Source: Thermoplasmata archaeon
GTDB lineage: Archaea; Thermoplasmatota; Thermoplasmata; UBA10834
Direction of reading: 5' to 3'
Assembly (NCBI GenBank): GCA_041559015.1
Contig: JBFFED010000004.1
Coordinates: forward strand, 2,781-66,780
Length of the DNA stretch: 64,000 nucleotides
In this document: positions 1-10,090 of the stretch, one piece after another
Position numbering within the stretch: the stretch's first letter is position 1
Layout of the letters: every line of letters starts with the position of its first letter
Program-made: the position numbers and the translations under genes
The notes under the pieces: generated by a model
The model's input: only the letters and a program-made list of their open reading frames with translations
Told to the model about the DNA's origin: nothing
Database searches by the model: none

Positions 1-43
1 GGCGGTCGCGGAGCATGCAAAGGGGTTATACCCCAGATTCTAC

Positions 44-1024
44 ATGATTGGCACAGAGATGATGAAGGACGTTCACTTCGAGCACCCGAGAGAAGATGAC
101 CTTGCCAGAATGACCAGAATCTACAATGACTCAAGAGTAGACTTGCCGTCTCACAGGATTCTCAAACCAGAGGAGATCAAAGCATACACCTTCCTTGACA
201 ATGATTTCGATCCGAAGGGCGCGTGGTTGGCCTATTCTGACGGGGAGGCGGTCGCCTATGCTGACGGGTTTGTCGACAAGAAGAGACTTGAGTACGGGAA
301 GAGAGACGCATACATCGATCTGGAGATGATGAGATCTCACAGACACACTGGAATCGAAGAGGCGCTCGTTTCCAGAGTGCTGAAATATCTGAGCGGACGT
401 GAAATCGAAGGTGCCCTGGCTCAGTATCACGAATTCGATATCTGGAGGAAGAACCTGCTGGATGATGCTGGATTCGGTGAGATTCGCAGGTACTACGAGA
501 TGGTGAGAAGAGGAAGCGGCGACTCCGTCACGCCAACCTTTCCTCATGGGATCCGAGTGGATCGCACGCTCGTCGGACAGTCGTCTTATGATGTCTTCTC
601 CAGAATTGCCGACATCCGCAATGAATCGTTTGTTGACCATTTTAACTACGCCCCTGTTCCTGCCGAGCGGTTCAGGAATTTTCTGGAATCCGGAGATACG
701 ATATTCTCAGTCACCTTCGTGGAGGATGCACTGAAAACTGTCGGCTTCGTTCTCAATGAAGACAGGCCTCCACGAGAAGGCGATACCAAAGAGAGAGAAG
801 GGTGGGTATGCATACTGGGAGTCATCATGTCGCACAGGAGGCAAGGGATTGGGCGGGCGCTCCTGATGGATAGTGTGAACTGGTTAACCGAGCGGGGTGC
901 GAGGACGATTCGACTGTTGGTGGATGCAGAGAACGACAAAGCCCTCGGAATCTACAAATCAGCAGGTTTCGAAACAGAATCCGTTGAGGTCTTGATGAGG
1001 AAGAACCTGATTGCCGGTGCGTAG
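44..1024 (+). CDS. GNAT-family N-acetyltransferase (two GNAT-like halves)
   Basis: 326-aa ORF; C-terminal half carries acetyl-CoA motif A (HRRQGIGRALL) followed by RLLVDAENDKALGIYKSAGFE; TAG stop 1022-1024. Confidence 0.75.
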   Translation: MIGTEMMKDVHFEHPREDDLARMTRIYNDSRVDLPSHRILKPEEIKAYTFLDNDFDPKGAWLAYSDGEAVAYADGFVDKKRLEYGKRDAYIDLEMMRSHRHTGIEEALVSRVLKYLSGREIEGALAQYHEFDIWRKNLLDDAGFGEIRRYYEMVRRGSGDSVTPTFPHGIRVDRTLVGQSSYDVFSRIADIRNESFVDHFNYAPVPAERFRNFLESGDTIFSVTFVEDALKTVGFVLNEDRPPREGDTKEREGWVCILGVIMSHRRQGIGRALLMDSVNWLTERGARTIRLLVDAENDKALGIYKSAGFETESVEVLMRKNLIAGA

Positions 1025-1066
1025 GTTCTGAACAAGAAAGCTAGACTGGAGATTCGATCGGCCCGG

Positions 1067-1099
1067 CAATCCCCCTTCGCTTCGAGATGAGGGGGATTG
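1067..1099. terminator. Perfect 10-bp inverted repeat (caatccccct / agggggattg, 13-nt loop) between convergent genes
   Basis: Read directly in the 173-nt gap between the GNAT stop (1024) and the amidohydrolase stop (1198); terminator role is inferred. Confidence 0.35.
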
Positions 1100-1197
1100 G
1101 ACATAGCTTGCATCAGGCGAATGGCCTGGCAGCCGCACAACACATCTCCCGCCACATCTTGCCGACGGGTGGTGCATACTGCCGTCCCCAGGAGAAG

Positions 1198-3000
1198 TCA
1201 ATGTCTGAGGACCATTCCAGGCCGCTCCTGGGTGAACCCCCCATTCTCGTAGACGATCCTCCCGTTCACAATAACCGTTCGTATGCCTGAAGGAGGCCTC
1301 GCTGGCTCGATAAAGTTGCCGGTCTCGCTTATCGAGTCCTTGTCGAATAACACGAGGTCCGCAAATGAGCCTTTCCGAAGGACTCCTCTGTCAGGAATGC
1401 CCAACCTCTCTGCGACCAGCGAGGTTGCCTTTCTGATTGCCTCCTCAATGGTCATTGTACGCTTCTCGTTCACCAAGAGCCTCAGGTAGTGCGGGAACAT
1501 GCCGTATGCAGTTGGCGGGGGTGAGTTGCACAGGCTCTTCGGTGCCTCCGGCCCATGCACCTCGGCGTCGCTGCATGGCATGGCAAGTCTATGGGAAAGG
1601 AACACGGTATTGGCTGTCTCGGTCCCTCTCTCGTCGCGGAACTGAACCCATATCGTCTCTGGATCCTCGAGCAGAATGTCTAAGAGCACACTCACCGGGT
1701 CCCGTCCTAATCTTGCAGAAATCTCACCGACGACCATCCCCTCGTACTCCCTATTCGAGCATCGCAGCACCCTGAATGAGTTCATCCAGTATGGGTCAGC
1801 CATCGTGTGTATCATCTGAAGCTTGAGCCTGCCCTTTCTGTACCCATCAAAGACCGCCTCTCTGAATTCCGTGGATTGCAGCCTCTGCATGAGCTCGTCC
1901 CCAGCTACTCCTCCGAGCCATTCCTCGAACTCGTCCCTCAACAAGGCCCCTGTGGATATGCAGTCGGCCGAGGCGACGACATCGAATGCGATGTCGACCC
2001 CCTCCTTTATCGCGTCATCGATGATGTCCAACGTTGCCTCGGCCATCGCCTCCTCCAGGTATTCGGGATGAGGTTGTGTGATTCTGAAAACGTTGGACAA
2101 ATGGGCGATTTGCAGTCTCACTCCCGATCTCCGCGCCACCTCGATTGCCTCGAGCAGCCCTCGATACCTCCCGACCCAGACATCGTCTATTGGCCCGTGG
2201 AAGATGCCGTATCCGGTCTCGGCCATGTCTGCAGAGGGCCATTGACTCTGAGTGTGCCTCGTGTGTGGCGAGTAACATCCATTGTGCTCCCGAGCGATTT
2301 GAGCGAGCTCCACGAGTTCATCGAAGGATGCATATTCCCCCGGGCCGGGGTCAGTTATCGATGACACGCCAAGTGCGCCATTCTCCATCGCCTCCGCCGC
2401 CAGCACCTTCATCTCTTCGATTTCGAGCTTCTCGGCCTGGCGCTTGAAGTCGTCGCCCATAACGGCGATGCGCAGAGTATTGTGACCAACATACGAGGCG
2501 AAGTTGACAGCAATGCCCGCTGACTCCACCTTGTGGAGGAACTCCCCAAAAGACCTCCAGTCAATAGGGAAACCCATCTTCTCCCTGATTGCATCCCCAT
2601 ACTCGTCCAAGGACAGAGTCGTTGGATAGGTATCGCCCCCGGGTCTGACGTCATGCCACCACTCCCAAGCATTCACCATTGTCGCAGAACAACAGTGCCC
2701 GATCGGCGCCATGGACTCGCCACAATGCCCTGCAACGATCGTCGTCACTCCCTGCATCAAGAAATTCGCCGCGAGAGGGTTTCTGAGAATAGCGGAGTCT
2801 CCGTGTGTGTGCGGATCTATGAACCCCGGAGCTGCGACGAATCCTTTGCCATCGAGTTCTTCGCGGGAGTCGTTCTTGATGACACCGACAGCTGCTATTC
2901 TGTCACCCAGGATGGCGATGTCTGCAGTGAACGGAGGCAGTCCAGTTCCATCGACGATAAGCGAGTCTCGAATGACCTTATCGTACTCCGTGGACACCAT
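1198..3000 (-). CDS. D-aminoacylase-like metal-dependent amidohydrolase (N-acyl-D-amino-acid deacylase family)
   Basis: 600-aa ORF; N-terminus LIVDGTG..ADIAILGDRIAAVG then PGFIDPHTHGD (HxH metal site), typical of this amidohydrolase family. Confidence 0.75.
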   Translation of the reverse strand: MVSTEYDKVIRDSLIVDGTGLPPFTADIAILGDRIAAVGVIKNDSREELDGKGFVAAPGFIDPHTHGDSAILRNPLAANFLMQGVTTIVAGHCGESMAPIGHCCSATMVNAWEWWHDVRPGGDTYPTTLSLDEYGDAIREKMGFPIDWRSFGEFLHKVESAGIAVNFASYVGHNTLRIAVMGDDFKRQAEKLEIEEMKVLAAEAMENGALGVSSITDPGPGEYASFDELVELAQIAREHNGCYSPHTRHTQSQWPSADMAETGYGIFHGPIDDVWVGRYRGLLEAIEVARRSGVRLQIAHLSNVFRITQPHPEYLEEAMAEATLDIIDDAIKEGVDIAFDVVASADCISTGALLRDEFEEWLGGVAGDELMQRLQSTEFREAVFDGYRKGRLKLQMIHTMADPYWMNSFRVLRCSNREYEGMVVGEISARLGRDPVSVLLDILLEDPETIWVQFRDERGTETANTVFLSHRLAMPCSDAEVHGPEAPKSLCNSPPPTAYGMFPHYLRLLVNEKRTMTIEEAIRKATSLVAERLGIPDRGVLRKGSFADLVLFDKDSISETGNFIEPARPPSGIRTVIVNGRIVYENGGFTQERPGMVLRH

Positions 3001-3084
3001 CCGTCCTTTCCCCCTGGCTCGAGGACAAGCCTTATCTCCAAATAAACCCTACTCCGCCCGCTGCGACGGGGCCTGTCGCGGAAG

Positions 3085-4044
3085 GTGGTTGAGATGGGCA
3101 GAGGTGAGTTCGAAGGGCTTTCATGGGCCAAGATGGTAGAGAGACAGAAGAAGAACCTGACGATGGACAAGCCTCTGTTCATCACGGTATGCCCGACGGG
3201 CTGTCTGTTCTCGAGGAAGCAGAATCCGAATCAGCCCTACACCCCGGAGGAAATCTCCAAGGAGGCGATTGAGTCTTATGAGCAAGGGGCCTGTCTCGCC
3301 CACCTCCACACGAGGGATGAGACAGGGGATTCTCTCACCAATACGGATGTCCTCACGTCAACGATCCGTCCAATACTGGAGAGATGTCCCGACATGATCA
3401 TCCAGCCGAGCGCGGCGGAGGGGTATCACCCGGAGTCTGGCGATTACAGCTACGAGACCATGAAACCGATGGTCGAAGCGCTCCATGGAATCGACAAGAG
3501 ATACATGCAGTCAACGATATTCACGCCGATATCGTATTACATCGACGGATCAATCTGTCTCGCGACTCCTGAGAACGCGGTGAAGACCGTCGAATTCCTG
3601 CAGTCACACGGTATCAAGCCGGAATTCATGGCTCATGACGGCGAAGGCATCATGAATGTGAGGGACTGGCTCATCGAACCGGGTATCTTGAGGAAGCCGC
3701 CCATGATCTCGCTTGGCCCCGGCATGCACAACTCGGTGGAGACGTACCCTGACCCGTGGGGCATGCTCTACCTCCTGAGCCTGATGAAACTGGTTCCGGA
3801 GGGTTGTGTCACTGGAGTCAGCATTGGGGGGAGGAACTGGCTCCCGATGACGACTCTAGCCATCATGCTGGGAGCAGATTTCGTACGCGTGGGGATGGAA
3901 GATCAGCTGTGGCTGTATCCACACAAAGATGAGAAGATGTCCAGCAACGCCAACGCTGTCAGGAAGATCGCCACGATCGCGAAGGAGCTCGGCAGGGACA
4001 TCGGCACTCCAGAGCAGGCGCGAAGCCTGCTACGGATGGAGTAG
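3085..4044 (+). CDS. Beta-keto acid cleavage enzyme family protein (BKACE/DUF849, 3-keto-5-aminohexanoate cleavage enzyme-like)
   Basis: PLFITVCPTG and ACLAHLHTRDETG motifs as in BKACE TIM barrels; ORF opens with GTG 3085, alternative ATG starts at 3094 (preceded by aaggtgg) and 3163. Confidence 0.75.
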   Translation: MVEMGRGEFEGLSWAKMVERQKKNLTMDKPLFITVCPTGCLFSRKQNPNQPYTPEEISKEAIESYEQGACLAHLHTRDETGDSLTNTDVLTSTIRPILERCPDMIIQPSAAEGYHPESGDYSYETMKPMVEALHGIDKRYMQSTIFTPISYYIDGSICLATPENAVKTVEFLQSHGIKPEFMAHDGEGIMNVRDWLIEPGILRKPPMISLGPGMHNSVETYPDPWGMLYLLSLMKLVPEGCVTGVSIGGRNWLPMTTLAIMLGADFVRVGMEDQLWLYPHKDEKMSSNANAVRKIATIAKELGRDIGTPEQARSLLRME

Positions 4045-4113
4045 TCGTTGCCGTTCAGGCACATCGACCCAATTCGTGGCTCGTAGGAGGCTGATCTGAT
4101 CACGAAGCTGAGA

Positions 4114-5193
4114 GTGGGGGTAATAGGCCTGGGCCATGTAGCTCAGGTATGTCATCTTCCGGGGATTGCACAATCTGGGCTCGTAGAGGTTGTGGCGGGC
4201 TCCGAGCTGCGCGAGAACCTGCTCAGGGAGGTATCTGCGAAGTGGAACCTGAGTGCGTATCGCGACTACGATGAGATGCTGGAGCAGGAGGAGCTGGACA
4301 TCGTCTGCGTGCTCACTGGACCTCGACACTCCACTGAGGTGGCATGCAAGGTGGCCGATGCGGGAGTGAATGTCCTCATAGAGAAGCCCATGGCCCTTAC
4401 TCTGGTCGAGGCCGAAAGAACGGCCAGTCGATGCCGCGAGAACGACGTGAAGCTGTTCTACGGAGAATCATTCAGATTCTTCCCGACTTTGCGCAAGGCC
4501 AAGGAGATTGTGGACTCGGGCCAACTGGGGAGGCTGCAGCTCCTCCTCGAGACCGTTGTTGGCGGCAAAGGGGCGATAGGGTTCGAGGAGTATGGAATCT
4601 ACCCGAAAGGCGCTCCTGGCTCAGGACCGATGGGGCTGACGGACCATGGCATACACCTCGTGGACATCTTCAGATGGCTCACCCGGCAAGATATGGCCTG
4701 GGTGTTCGGGCGAGGAAACAGGTCGGGCTCCCCTCCCCTAACTGAATTCATGACGATGGGAACGGAGGAGGGAGCGGTAGCCCAGTTCGTGGGCAGCGAG
4801 GCAACGGTGCCGTCCGACCTGCCAGGAGAAGGCATACACAGCCTCGGCCCGTACGATGGGGGCGGGCCAGCCTGGGACCCCAACCCCATCAGCTTCCGGA
4901 TACATGGCACAGAAGGTGCCCTGAGAGCATTCCCGTACGCAAACAAACTGTTCCAGTTCTCCGTTGATGGGCATTGGGAGGTTGAGGTGATGAATCGTCC
5001 TCACCCGGGTCAGTTCGGGCTCCAAATCGACTCCTTCGCGAAGAGCGTGATCGAGGACTCGGTGCCTGAAGTGACGGCCGATGACGGCATCATGGCCCTC
5101 AAGGTGATACTCAAAGCCTATGACAGCTTCGAGCGTTTTGACATGGAACGAAGCTTGACTGAGGGATGCTTGTCGACCGATAGACAGAACTGA
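4114..5193 (+). CDS. Gfo/Idh/MocA-family NAD(P)-dependent oxidoreductase
   Basis: N-terminal Rossmann GVIGLGHVAQ and conserved EKP motif (VLIEKPMALT); GTG start. Confidence 0.75.
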   Translation: MGVIGLGHVAQVCHLPGIAQSGLVEVVAGSELRENLLREVSAKWNLSAYRDYDEMLEQEELDIVCVLTGPRHSTEVACKVADAGVNVLIEKPMALTLVEAERTASRCRENDVKLFYGESFRFFPTLRKAKEIVDSGQLGRLQLLLETVVGGKGAIGFEEYGIYPKGAPGSGPMGLTDHGIHLVDIFRWLTRQDMAWVFGRGNRSGSPPLTEFMTMGTEEGAVAQFVGSEATVPSDLPGEGIHSLGPYDGGGPAWDPNPISFRIHGTEGALRAFPYANKLFQFSVDGHWEVEVMNRPHPGQFGLQIDSFAKSVIEDSVPEVTADDGIMALKVILKAYDSFERFDMERSLTEGCLSTDRQN

Positions 5194-5300
5194 ATTCACA
5201 CAGGAAAGACAGGTCGTGAACACCGTCGCTCAAGTGCGAAAAGACTGAGAGGAGATACTATGTCAAGAATCGGTGGGTTCGTCCTGAGGGGGGAGCGCGA

Positions 5301-5783
5301 ATGGCGATGAGTCGGAATGCCAAGGATAACATCCTGATGACCATACTAGGATTTGCGTTCTTCCTGAATATCCTCATGCTAAACAATTTCCTGATCACAA
5401 TTGATCCGATGTTTGAAGAGCTGATCATCCTCGGATGGGGGCTTCTCGGAGTCGGCGCATTGCTGGTCGTTGCCTCCGTGTTTACACTCATGAGAAAGGG
5501 GACCGACAACCTCGTCGAAGGTGGAGTCAACAGCATCGTTCGGCACCTGATGTACGTGGGAGGAATGGTGATGTTCATCTCTCATGTCTTCTTCGGCGAG
5601 AACCTTCCGATGGCTTTCAGCAGTGTTCTGGCTGCGTACTGCTGCTACTTGCTCATCCAGTCGGAGGACCAGCAGATCACCGAGAAATTCGGCGATCAGT
5701 ACAGACTATACGCACGGAAGGTGCCAAAGATGAACTTCGTGGTTGGCATAGGACGCAGGCTCCACTCGAAGGCGGGTTCGTAG
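5301..5783 (+). CDS. ICMT/phospholipid methyltransferase-family membrane protein
   Basis: 160 aa, several hydrophobic helices; VRHLMYVGG and C-terminal SEDQQITEKFGDQYRLYARKVP resemble the ICMT/PEMT signature; visibly lower GC than neighbours. Confidence 0.6.
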   Translation: MAMSRNAKDNILMTILGFAFFLNILMLNNFLITIDPMFEELIILGWGLLGVGALLVVASVFTLMRKGTDNLVEGGVNSIVRHLMYVGGMVMFISHVFFGENLPMAFSSVLAAYCCYLLIQSEDQQITEKFGDQYRLYARKVPKMNFVVGIGRRLHSKAGS

Positions 5784-5918
5784 AAGAGCGCGCGCACTCC
5801 GACTACTGGCTCCGCACTCTGAAGGTGTCACCGTGGACTCCGCCCTCAGCTGTCCCGCCTCAGAATTCCTCCGAGACAGGAAGGATTCATCCCAGGATAT
5901 GTGCGCGGGCGTGTCTTC

Positions 5919-7193
5919 TCAGTCAGCGACACCCCAGTAGGCCTGCAGGAATTCCAACCAGCCCATGTTCGGGAAATCGAAAGTCGAGTAGATCTTGAAC
6001 CCGCCCCAGACAGTATCGTAGTATCCGATCGTGTACATGCTGTAGCTCGGGGGAAACAGTATGCCCATCCCCTTGTACCCGTACATATCGCTGTTCTTTG
6101 TGACTCCCATCCCAATCATGGCCTCTGAGTACGCCTCCAACACCGCTTGACAGGCACCGTACGCAGGATCGCCCTTCTTGACGGCGCCCATTATCTGCTC
6201 GACGAAGATTGGCATGTCCGTCCAGCCCTCGCACCGAGCGCCCCATGGCATCATGGAGACCGCCTGGGCTGCGTTAATGATCTGCCTGTACTCGCCTATG
6301 TTCGCGGTCAGAACCTCGGCCATCGCTGTAACTGCATCCCCCAAGGCAGGTATCTTGGACATGTCGAACACGGACTGGGTCGTCAGTATCTCGGACATGT
6401 ACGGTGGCTCGCTGAACAGAGCGGTGAACTCCTCGACTATGACCAGGCTCAGCTCCCTTGCGCTTATCTCGGGCTCTGATATCATCCTCTGGATGATCTT
6501 ATCATACGAGAACCCGCGCCACCCGATGTAGCTCTCACTCGCTACAAGGTAGTCCAGGCTCAACCCCTTCGAGTAGTATTCGTACACGGTCTCCATCTGG
6601 CCAATGGAGCACTCATCGGTTGCGATGATGTCCAGATGATACCCTTCCAGCGCAGAGATCATCTCGTGATGGCTCAACCAGTCCCAGTCGGTGCCTGGCT
6701 CGCTCCCCGGGAGAGTCGTGTCCACGCCGACGCCTCCGGTTGGCGTGCCGTGGTCCCAGAAGAACAGCAGCATGTGCTCGGCCGGGAAGTATGAGTCACT
6801 GTACTCCACGAACCCCCTAAGGGTCTCGGGGTCGCCCATGTTGATCTCCCCGTAGCTCTCTAGCATGACCATGTCGTTGTCCAGGATGCGGTAAAGGTAG
6901 GCCGGCTCGTTCAGCCTGTCGACGAGCATCAGGACGTTGACGTCTCCGCTCGAGCCGCCATCCTTCAGCTCTTGGAAGTCCTCCTCGGTGTATGGGTCGA
7001 GGTCGTTATCGGCCAGCAGATACACGAGCACGGACCATTTCGCAGTCGCCTCGACATCTTCGTCAGCGGCCTTCGACGCACCGGTCCCTGCACCTTCGGA
7101 CGCGGGGACAATCGACACCGCCAAGAACAGTAGCACAACCCCAGTACCTATCAGTCTGCGCACTAACTCCCCCCTAGGCTCCTCCCATGACAC
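5919..7193 (-). CDS. Secreted clostripain-like cysteine peptidase (C11-like)
   Basis: N-terminal hydrophobic anchor (LIGTGVVLLFLAVSIV), then VLVYLLADNDL, FFWDHGTP (His) and IIATDECSIGQME (Cys) in the order seen in C11 peptidases; GTG start. Confidence 0.6.
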   Translation of the reverse strand: MSWEEPRGELVRRLIGTGVVLLFLAVSIVPASEGAGTGASKAADEDVEATAKWSVLVYLLADNDLDPYTEEDFQELKDGGSSGDVNVLMLVDRLNEPAYLYRILDNDMVMLESYGEINMGDPETLRGFVEYSDSYFPAEHMLLFFWDHGTPTGGVGVDTTLPGSEPGTDWDWLSHHEMISALEGYHLDIIATDECSIGQMETVYEYYSKGLSLDYLVASESYIGWRGFSYDKIIQRMISEPEISARELSLVIVEEFTALFSEPPYMSEILTTQSVFDMSKIPALGDAVTAMAEVLTANIGEYRQIINAAQAVSMMPWGARCEGWTDMPIFVEQIMGAVKKGDPAYGACQAVLEAYSEAMIGMGVTKNSDMYGYKGMGILFPPSYSMYTIGYYDTVWGGFKIYSTFDFPNMGWLEFLQAYWGVAD

Positions 7194-7600
7194 GACTTGT
7201 CAGGGCATGTCGGTATTGCGCACTGACTAATTAAAGTTGGCCACCACAGACTTGTCCACAAGCGCATCTCTCATATGCGTGGATTGGCCAAGCGTGCCTT
7301 CGGGCACACCCCGAGGGCCCATCCACGGCAACTCCGCAAAGAATGAAGACGAAGCAGCCTACGCACTCACCGAGATCTTGCCTTCGGAGACCATCTGCTT
7401 GCGTTCCAGCGATGTTCGATACCGAGTGGTCAACACGGAGGCCATCGGCAGCGGCCAACGCACTGCACCCCCGTACCATCCTGCTCGTGCCGAGTTGGAT
7501 TCACTACCGTGGACGGGCAAATCGGGGAGGCGCCCTCCCACGACGCTGTTCCCTCCGTAACCCACGAAAGCCAGCATGGCAGAGGTTGTTAAAGCGAATG

Positions 7601-7609
7601 TTTTAATAG
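7601..7609. promoter_or_regulatory. TATA-like box ttttaatag in a divergent intergenic region
   Basis: About 25-30 nt upstream of the palindrome and predicted TSS for the ArsR gene on +; also 28 nt from ATG 7577 of a 72-codon ORF on -. Confidence 0.4.
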
Positions 7610-7622
7610 CATGATGCGCATC

Positions 7623-7640
7623 TGTGTACAATGATACACA
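7623..7640 (+). promoter_or_regulatory. Inverted repeat TGTGTA-N6-TACACA, candidate ArsR-family operator
   Basis: Perfect 6-bp arms read directly; located between the TATA-like box (7601) and ATG 7657, which is preceded by ggtga. Confidence 0.4.
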
Positions 7641-8253
7641 TCAGAATGGTGAGCCCATGAAGAACCAGAAGATCATCAAGAGCCCACACGCGTTCCAACT
7701 GCTGGCTGATGAGACGCGGATGAGAGTCGTCTACCTGCTCCGGGCGAAGGAGATGACGGTGAGCCAGATCGCCTCCGAGCTCGGGTTGACGCCTCAGACG
7801 ATCTATCATCACATCAAGAAGCTCCGAGAGGCGGAGATGGTTGAGGTCGCCAGAGAGGAGCGCATAGATCACCTCATAGAATACTACTACCGGGCCACGG
7901 CTGGAGTATTCCACTTCGTGGATGGAGTCTGCCCTGAGGAGCGAAGGAGCCCGAAGAGAATCAGGAATCTCCTGAAAGCCCTCAGACCCCTAGGATTTGA
8001 TGCGAATCACAGCTCGAAGCAGATATCCGCCATCGTGAAACTGAAGGAAGATCTGAGGCGTCAGAGAGATAGCCCTGACATCCTCGATGAGATCTACGAA
8101 ATGGATGAATTCGATTCATCCACAGAGAGAGACCTCATCGAGTTCGCGTTGATGATGAGGATGAATGACCGCGAATTCGAGAAGTATATTGAGAATCAGC
8201 GGATGCTCAGGGAACTGCTACTGTCCCGGAGACCTGACAAAGGCAAGGCTTAG
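7624..8253 (+). CDS. ArsR-family HTH transcriptional regulator
   Basis: FQLLADETRMRVVYLLRAKEMTVSQIASELGLTPQTIYHHIKKLREAEMV is a typical ArsR wHTH; ORF opens at GTG 7624, likely true start ATG 7657 (MKNQKII). Confidence 0.8.
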   Translation: MYNDTHQNGEPMKNQKIIKSPHAFQLLADETRMRVVYLLRAKEMTVSQIASELGLTPQTIYHHIKKLREAEMVEVAREERIDHLIEYYYRATAGVFHFVDGVCPEERRSPKRIRNLLKALRPLGFDANHSSKQISAIVKLKEDLRRQRDSPDILDEIYEMDEFDSSTERDLIEFALMMRMNDREFEKYIENQRMLRELLLSRRPDKGKA

Positions 8254-8288
8254 GCCAGTGTCATCAGAAGACCGGACGGTTCGGGACG

Positions 8289-9569
8289 GTGTCCTCTATG
8301 GCCGGAAGAAGCGTACTCTGGAAACACGGAGACTTCCTCAATGTTTGGGCAGCTGAGACAGTCTCCGTGTTCGGAAGCCAGTTTTACCTGCTCGCGATGC
8401 CGCTCGCAGCGGTGCTAATCCTCGATGCCACCGCATCCGAGATGGGCATGCTGTTCGCGGTGGAGATGCTGCCATTTCTGCTCTTCGGCCTGCTCGCGGG
8501 CGTCATTGCGGACAGAAGGGGCAGAAGACAGATCATGATAATCTGCGACCTCGGAAGGGCCGGGGTCCTCGCGGCAATACCTGTGACCTGGTATCTTGGG
8601 ATGCTGTCTTGGCCGGTTATGTACGGCGTCGCTTTCACAGCCGGAGTGTTTACGGCTTTCTTCGACATCTCCTACCAGGCATATCTGCCGACACTTGTGG
8701 GGCGGTCAGAGCTGCTCGACGCGAACAGCAAACTCGAGACGAGCAGGGCCTCCTCGCAGGTCGCTGGACCGAGCATAGCTGGGCTCGCAGTGGATGCAGT
8801 GGGGGCGCCGATAGCCATCTTCGCGAACTCCATCTCATTTCTAGGCTCCGCATTCTTCCTCTTCCGAGTCAAGATACAGGAATCCATCGCGAAGGATCGA
8901 GCCCAGAAATCCACCCTGCAAGAGATCAGAGATGGGCTGGACATCGTGTTCTCGAACAAGATGCTCAGGGGGATTGCTGGGTGCACTGCGACTGCCAACC
9001 TGTTCGGAAGCATGTCATATGCGATACTGATGCTCTTCATGGAGAGCTCACTCGAACTCGGGGCGAGCTGGATAGGCGCCATATTCGCAGTCGGCGCGCT
9101 CGGAGCGGTGCTTGGCGCCTTGGTATCGTCGCGGATAGTGTCCTCTCTGGGCCTTGGGAAGACGATAGTGGTCTCCGCGGCCCTGTCCAGCGTGCCCACC
9201 ATGCTCATGGCCTTGGCGTTCCCTGAGAATGCGATACTGGTTCTGATGCCTATCTGGTTCGTCAACGGGCTCCTGTCCGTCGTCTACAACGTGAATCAGG
9301 TGAGTCTGCGCCAGTCCATAACGCCGGACCATCTCCAAGGGAAGATGAACGCGACCATGCGGTTCCTTGTCTGGGGTGTGTTCCCAATAGGCGGCCTCAT
9401 CGGCGGAGTCCTTGGAGATGCCCTCGGTCTGCGGACCACGATATTGATATCCGGGGTCGGGATGCTGACATCAGTCTTCTGGGTGTTCTTGTCTCCGGTC
9501 AAGGAGGTAGCGTCCATCCCAGAGCAAGCAATGCAGCTCGGCTGCAAGAAGACCCCGGAACCTACTTGA
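8289..9569 (+). CDS. MFS transporter
   Basis: 426 aa, about 12 hydrophobic segments, MFS motif-A-like GVIADRRGRRQIMI; immediately downstream of the ArsR gene. Confidence 0.8.
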   Translation: MSSMAGRSVLWKHGDFLNVWAAETVSVFGSQFYLLAMPLAAVLILDATASEMGMLFAVEMLPFLLFGLLAGVIADRRGRRQIMIICDLGRAGVLAAIPVTWYLGMLSWPVMYGVAFTAGVFTAFFDISYQAYLPTLVGRSELLDANSKLETSRASSQVAGPSIAGLAVDAVGAPIAIFANSISFLGSAFFLFRVKIQESIAKDRAQKSTLQEIRDGLDIVFSNKMLRGIAGCTATANLFGSMSYAILMLFMESSLELGASWIGAIFAVGALGAVLGALVSSRIVSSLGLGKTIVVSAALSSVPTMLMALAFPENAILVLMPIWFVNGLLSVVYNVNQVSLRQSITPDHLQGKMNATMRFLVWGVFPIGGLIGGVLGDALGLRTTILISGVGMLTSVFWVFLSPVKEVASIPEQAMQLGCKKTPEPT

Positions 9570-9981
9570 CGAAGTGGAGCACCCCGACCTTGAGTTCGGG
9601 GTCGAGAGATCGCTTGGAGCGTGCGCCGCCGAGCCTTGTCAGCAGTATCTCGTTGCTCATCCAGACCTTGCCGCGCAGAAGATGGCCGCCGAAGGCTTTG
9701 TGTTCCTTATCCGCAACTGTCGCGTGTATGTGTACCCTGTTGTCCCCTTCACTCGAAACAGAGCCCTGAAGACACAGCAATTCATGAGGGGTATCGAAGC
9801 TCTTCTTTGCGTACGTGCCCCTGTCAAAGAAACCGATCTCGAAATCCGCAATCATCCCCAAGCCTGTCGTCACAGCCATCGTGGACCGCTCGTCCTCGGC
9901 TGCGCGCATGACTGACTCGAGTATGTCCTCTCCATTCTCCAACCTGAGCATCACGAAGGGGCCGTCCCTTACGACTTCCAT
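9562..9981 (-). CDS. PPC (DUF296) domain protein
   Basis: 139 aa; FVMLRLENGEDILESV..GLGMIADFEIGFF..LCLQGSVS..HIHATVADKEHKAFGGHL matches the PPC/DUF296 pattern. Confidence 0.7.
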   Translation of the reverse strand: MEVVRDGPFVMLRLENGEDILESVMRAAEDERSTMAVTTGLGMIADFEIGFFDRGTYAKKSFDTPHELLCLQGSVSSEGDNRVHIHATVADKEHKAFGGHLLRGKVWMSNEILLTRLGGARSKRSLDPELKVGVLHFVK

Positions 9982-10090
9982 CCTCGCACCATCTAGCGTA
10001 TCCTGTTCTGCCTATTAGGAACTTGACGGCATGCGACAATGGCGAAAGTAAGATCAACCAGATCACGGTTGGCCGGAGTAGCGTGGTGGA

